This document shows, piece by piece, positions 17,082 through 20,862 of a stretch of 20,862 nt of DNA. Source of the DNA: a bacterium (lineage in GTDB: Bacteria; Muiribacteriota; UBA6191); assembly GCA_036339875.1 (NCBI GenBank), contig JAYZAC010000020.1, positions 1-20,862 on the forward strand. The letters are read 5' to 3'. Positions within the stretch are counted from its first letter, which is position 1. Each line of letters begins with the position of its first letter. The notes below the pieces were generated by a model. That model made no database searches, was not told the origin of the DNA, and saw nothing but the letters and a program-made list of their open reading frames with translations. The translations under genes were made by a program, and so were the position numbers.

Positions 17082-17746
17082 TTACTCAGACTCCCATGAA
17101 GTAATACATCGATTTGAAATTGAGGTTGATATCTCAAGGTCAGAAGAGATTCCTGCTCCTTCATTTCAGAATGATTCTGTTTCATATCCTCCTTGATTCT
17201 TGCTTCTTTTTCAAAAAAATAATTATGAAAAAATACTGATTTTTTTTTGTTTTTCAGTTCTTCAAATTGTTTTGAATAATAAATGGATAGCCGCTCTTTC
17301 TCCTCCATGAAATCAGCTTTACTTCTCTCTTGGATACTCTTTATTTCGGATTCTACCCAAGAAAAAATCGGCTTTTCAAAAACAGCAAAATCAGACCTTG
17401 ATAAATCTTTTGTCCCTTTAACAGTCGAAACTGTTAAACTTTCCATAAAGTCTACAGGATTAGGCTTCTCCAGCACTACATTCTGTGCACGATCATGTGC
17501 AAAAATGCGACATACCTGGTGAGAAGATGGCCTTCGACAACTCAAACTAACGACCAAAAAGACACCTTCGACCTCATCACATCCATTAAAATGAATAACT
17601 TGACCGTTCAGATACTCCTGTAAGGTCCCCAATTTCCGGATAGCTAAAAAATTGTCTGACTTCATATCTCCTGAAATCTTTAATTCAGCATATAGCTCAT
17701 CTAGACCATTGACTAATTTAGAAATATTAGTATCCATTTCACTCAT
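17078..17746 (-). CDS. Hypothetical protein, YqhG-like partner of the SNF2 helicase
   Basis: ATGA-coupled to the helicase. The C-terminal coiled region EKERLSIYY...LRYQPQFQIDVLLHG resembles, from recall, the end of Bacillus YqhG-type proteins. Confidence 0.55.
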   Translation of the reverse strand: MSEMDTNISKLVNGLDELYAELKISGDMKSDNFLAIRKLGTLQEYLNGQVIHFNGCDEVEGVFLVVSLSCRRPSSHQVCRIFAHDRAQNVVLEKPNPVDFMESLTVSTVKGTKDLSRSDFAVFEKPIFSWVESEIKSIQERSKADFMEEKERLSIYYSKQFEELKNKKKSVFFHNYFFEKEARIKEDMKQNHSEMKEQESLLTLRYQPQFQIDVLLHGSLSK

Positions 17747-20037
17747 AGAGAGCCTTTCCCTAAAAAGTTTTCTTGTAATTTTCGTACCTGCTCAAAATTT
17801 TGACCCGCCTTCTTAAACTCATCCCCCAATAATTCTATCTCTTTCATTTGATCACTCTTGTCAGAATATTTGACTAGTATTTCCATAATTTTAGAATCTA
17901 GGCTCTCTATCTCTTTTAGCTCTCCGCTAAGATGGCCTAAAATCATTTCAAGCTCTCCAACTACGCGCTCAAATAAACGAATTTTATGGCTGAGCAAATT
18001 TACAATATGCTCCTCAATAGTATCTTTTATACAAAAGTTGAGAATTAGAACCTCACGCTCCTGCCCTAGTCTATGAACTCGACCGATTCGCTGTTCAACC
18101 TTCATCGGGTTCCATGGTAAATCGAAATTAATTAATATTCTCGCAAATTGTAGATTCCAGCCCTCCGCACCGCAGTCAGTAGAGACTAGAATCTGAGCTT
18201 CGTTACGAAATTTTTCTACCTGTTTACGCTTACGTTTAACGTTCATTTCTCCATGAAATTCTGCCGTTGGAATTCCTTCCCTCTGAAGTAATCTGACTAA
18301 TTGCTGCTGAGTTGCACGAAACTGTGTAAATACGATTACCTTATCTCCCTGAGCCTCTTTCGTAACAAAGCGCATAACTTCCTCAAACTTCACAGCTTGC
18401 ACTACTTTATTACAATTTTCTTTAATACTAACGAAGCTATCCTCCATCTCACCACTCAGTTCACCCTTCTTTAGGATTCCTTCCAAAGAAAGTCTTAATG
18501 CTTCAGGCGAAGAAGTTGCTAACTTCTGAAGTAACATCAAAGTGAGTTGATTTAACCCCTTTGGAGACCTAGAAACCATGTAATAACTTTCACGAATAAA
18601 TTGAGTCAGACTTTCATAGACAACCTTCTCTTCTTTACTCGCAATTAGGCGTCTCATCAAAACTCTTCGTGGAGGCAACTTAAGATGTGTTTCCAACCTG
18701 CAATTTCGAATCATATAACGACTAAGACGCTGTCTTAATGCTCTTTCATTCTGAGGTAATTTTTTATTCACAGGATGCACATAAGACTTCCTAAACTGAT
18801 TTGGTGTACCTAGACTGCCTGGCGCTATCAAGTGGACCAGATTAAAAAGTTCCAAGAGTTCATTCTGAATTGGTGTTGCGGTTAGCAATAACATGTATCG
18901 ACTAGTTAAACCCTTCACGAATTGAAAATTTAATGTTTTGCTATTTTTAAGCTTGTGAGCTTCATCTACAATAACCATATCCCAATTTCTAGAGGCTATA
19001 ATACTACGAAAATTACTAGTCTTCGCGAGGTCTAGAGATATTATAAAACGATCAAACCGCATGGCATCTTGGGTGGTTTGCACTACAGGTAGATCAAGTT
19101 CAAATTTTTGTCCAAGTTCTTCCTGCCATTGATGTGTCAAACTTGCAGGCGTAAGTATTAATAACGCCTGCATCTGACCTCTTAGATGATATTCTCGTAG
19201 AATTAAACCTGCTTCCACAGTTTTACCTAATCCAACCTCATCAGCCAAAATTGCCCGTCCCCCAGTTTCGAATAAAACTTTTCGAACTGTTCTCAGCTGA
19301 TGTGGATATTGATCAACATCATTTAGACCTACAACCCCCATCAAACTGGAAGCCCCGAGAATATTGACAATCTGAAGTTCTTTTAGTGCTGCAAGTACCA
19401 AAGGCCATTGCTCGGATAGATTTAAATCTTTTGAATTTAGATTAGGCTCCGAAGAAATCTCATTATTTTCAATAGCGTTCGTATTTGATATCGAGTGAAT
19501 AACGTCTAACCATTGTTTATCAGGCTCGATCCTTAAACTTCTTTTTACCTCAATTTTTGCACCTGCTTGTTCTTCTTTACTTTCACGAGCCCAAAGAGAA
19601 TCTAGAGCCCCTTTGACTTCGTTTTCAAGCTGGGATTCAGATAATTTGGGATAATCCACCTCAAATTTGAGACTCTGATTGAATCCATCTGTATCCAAAA
19701 TTGACTGATTCAGACGATCGTCCGAAACCGGAAGAACAACATAGATTCGCCTTGGGTCAGAAATACGTCGAACCATTTTAATGCGGGCTCCCACTTCTAA
19801 CCTTAATTTTTCACAAATTTCTTTCAATTCTACGCTAAGAAGATAACCCTGATTTTTCCGACAGATAGAGGCAACTATCCTTGTACCAACAACTAATTCT
19901 ACTTTTTCATGATCTCTATGCGGAGCTAGAAGTATTCGATTCTCCATCTCGAACTGAAGAATCCCATTCTCCATGAAGTGATCAGTGAGAATGATTTGGA
20001 TTTGATGACGGATATCTCCGGCTGGTATGGTATTCAT
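17743..20037 (-). CDS. SNF2-family (YqhH/RapA-like) DEAH helicase/ATPase with N-terminal extension
   Basis: YPHQ, ILADEVGLGKT (I), PASLTHQW, IVDEAH (II), LTATP (III), VFTQF (IV), STDCGAEGWNLQ (V), DLPWNP..VEQRIGRVHR (VI). Start uncertain (ATG 20037; the ORF extends to 20088). Confidence 0.92.
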   Translation of the reverse strand: MNTIPAGDIRHQIQIILTDHFMENGILQFEMENRILLAPHRDHEKVELVVGTRIVASICRKNQGYLLSVELKEICEKLRLEVGARIKMVRRISDPRRIYVVLPVSDDRLNQSILDTDGFNQSLKFEVDYPKLSESQLENEVKGALDSLWARESKEEQAGAKIEVKRSLRIEPDKQWLDVIHSISNTNAIENNEISSEPNLNSKDLNLSEQWPLVLAALKELQIVNILGASSLMGVVGLNDVDQYPHQLRTVRKVLFETGGRAILADEVGLGKTVEAGLILREYHLRGQMQALLILTPASLTHQWQEELGQKFELDLPVVQTTQDAMRFDRFIISLDLAKTSNFRSIIASRNWDMVIVDEAHKLKNSKTLNFQFVKGLTSRYMLLLTATPIQNELLELFNLVHLIAPGSLGTPNQFRKSYVHPVNKKLPQNERALRQRLSRYMIRNCRLETHLKLPPRRVLMRRLIASKEEKVVYESLTQFIRESYYMVSRSPKGLNQLTLMLLQKLATSSPEALRLSLEGILKKGELSGEMEDSFVSIKENCNKVVQAVKFEEVMRFVTKEAQGDKVIVFTQFRATQQQLVRLLQREGIPTAEFHGEMNVKRKRKQVEKFRNEAQILVSTDCGAEGWNLQFARILINFDLPWNPMKVEQRIGRVHRLGQEREVLILNFCIKDTIEEHIVNLLSHKIRLFERVVGELEMILGHLSGELKEIESLDSKIMEILVKYSDKSDQMKEIELLGDEFKKAGQNFEQVRKLQENFLGKGSL

Positions 20038-20132
20038 AATTAAATTAGGTGATGGAGTATAACAGTTTAAGGCATTGCTTTGGTGCAATTTGAATATGGT
20101 TGGAACTTATTTTTAAGTAGTTAAATGAATTC

Positions 20133-20161
20133 TTGCCACAATAAATTGGTACTGTTATAGT
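20133..20161 (+). promoter_or_regulatory. sigma70-type promoter of the tRNA gene
   Basis: TTGCCA (20133-20138), 17-nt spacer, then TATAGT (20156-20161) with an extended -10 TG and an AT-rich upstream region. The tRNA starts 15 nt later. Confidence 0.75.
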
Positions 20162-20176
20162 TATCGCCTTCAAAAT

Positions 20177-20250
20177 GCACCCGTAGCTCAGCTGGATAGA
20201 GCGTTTGATTGCGGATCAAGAGGTCACATGTTCGAATCATGTCGGGTGCA
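20177..20250 (+). tRNA. tRNA-Arg (anticodon GCG), CCA not encoded
   Basis: Acceptor GCACCCG/CGGGTGC plus discriminator A; D arm GCTC/GAGC; anticodon arm TTTGA-TTGCGGA-TCAAG (GCG at 20211-20213); T arm ACATG-TTCGAAT-CATGT. Confidence 0.96.
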
Positions 20251-20256
20251 CTTTCT

Positions 20257-20291
20257 AAAGACTCGCTCTCATGGCGAGTCTTTTTAGTTTT
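20257..20291 (+). terminator. Rho-independent terminator after tRNA-Arg
   Basis: AAAGACTCGC-TCTCATG-GCGAGTCTTT perfect 10-bp stem followed by TTAGTTTT. Confidence 0.82.
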
Positions 20292-20632
20292 GCTAAAAAC
20301 TTCGCTCGTGGCCAAAACTAGTCCGTAGTTCAACCATGTCACAAACGCTGCAATAATTTCATTACACGAAAGTTTGGAAATAGGCTACATTGGGAGATAA
20401 ATAGGGCGACAATTCAAAAGTGTAAACTCAAAAGTAGCAAGGTATCCTTTAGAGCTCAAGTCAGACTCCAAGGGTATCGGGCACAATCCAAGTCATTTCC
20501 GAGTTAAACGCTAGCCATTTGAAATCAAGGGATTGTAAAATATTGAGTACTGTTATCTCATAAATTCGCCATTTGCATAGATCAATAGACTCACCTATCA
20601 TCAAGTAAGTTTTAGAAATACCAGGGGGCAGC

Positions 20633-20862
20633 ATGTCGGACTATTACGAAAAAGCACTTTACCTTCACGAACGCTTACGGGGTAAGATTGAAATGCGAGC
20701 AAAACTTCCAGTGATAGATCTAGAGGATTTGTCCACCATATATACACCCGGTGTAGCTGCTCCATGTCGCAGAATAGCCGAAAATAAAAAAGAAGCTTAC
20801 AAGTATACTATCAAAAATAATTCGGTGGCGGTTGTCACTGATGGTTCCGCCGTGCTTGGTCT
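20633..20862 (+). CDS. NAD(P)-dependent malic enzyme, N-terminal part (truncated by the window end; absent from the ORF track)
   Basis: AGGGGG RBS, then ATG 20633. Translates as MSDYYEKALYLHERLRGKIEMRAKLPVIDLEDLSTIYTPGVAAPCRRIAENKKEAYKYTIKNNSVAVVTDGSAVLG, with the YTPGVA and VAVVTDGSAVLG motifs of the MaeB/YtsJ-type family. Confidence 0.92.
   Translation, partial: MSDYYEKALYLHERLRGKIEMRAKLPVIDLEDLSTIYTPGVAAPCRRIAENKKEAYKYTIKNNSVAVVTDGSAVLG

Noticed and set aside
4329..18076. Short nested or antisense ORFs in the minus-strand block (e.g. 4329, 7225, 7398, 8368, 9264, 10595, 11680, 14853, 15917, 16352, 17283, 17858)
   Set aside because: They lie within longer, motif-supported genes, with no independent evidence of coding.
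18706..18715. TTCGAATCAT match to the tRNA T-loop as a possible att site
   Set aside because: Only 10 bp, inside an intact helicase gene and upstream of the tRNA, with no integrase in the window; compatible with chance.
17743..20088. SNF2 helicase as part of an anti-phage system such as DISARM, BREX or Zorya
   Set aside because: No methylase, nuclease, PLD or other defence partner is nearby, and the context is housekeeping.
20121..20342. 73-aa minus-strand ORF
   Set aside because: It is the antisense shadow of the tRNA-Arg gene and its terminator.
20310..20380. Second or degenerate tRNA after tRNA-Arg
   Set aside because: No T-loop (TTCGA) or acceptor-stem pairing can be built.

Overview
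AT-rich bacterial chromosomal window from a probable diderm (it encodes an LptF/G permease and an outer-membrane beta-barrel). No mobile element or CRISPR array was seen. Left arm (+): a 5'-truncated Ig-like membrane protein, a small membrane protein, the ACT-domain/UPF0210 (PFL-like) pair, an LptF/LptG permease and ogt. A ~16 kb, tightly packed minus-strand block runs: YqhH-like SNF2 helicase, YqhG-like partner, TPR protein, acidic YDDLLPPL-repeat protein, TPR protein and coaD; then, after an internal sigma70-like promoter, a degenerate class III nucleotide cyclase, a HEAT-repeat protein, a prepilin-peptidase N-domain/pilin fusion, a second pilin-like protein, an MshEN-PilB/GspE ATPase, an outer-membrane beta-barrel and a terminator; a TlpA-like redoxin follows. 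Right end (+): tRNA-Arg with the uncommon GCG anticodon, with its promoter and terminator, and the start of a malic enzyme. The most unusual element is the type IV filament module (4859-13026), in particular the pilin whose 'leader' is a whole PilD Zn-binding domain. All family calls come from motif recognition by eye; no searches were run.
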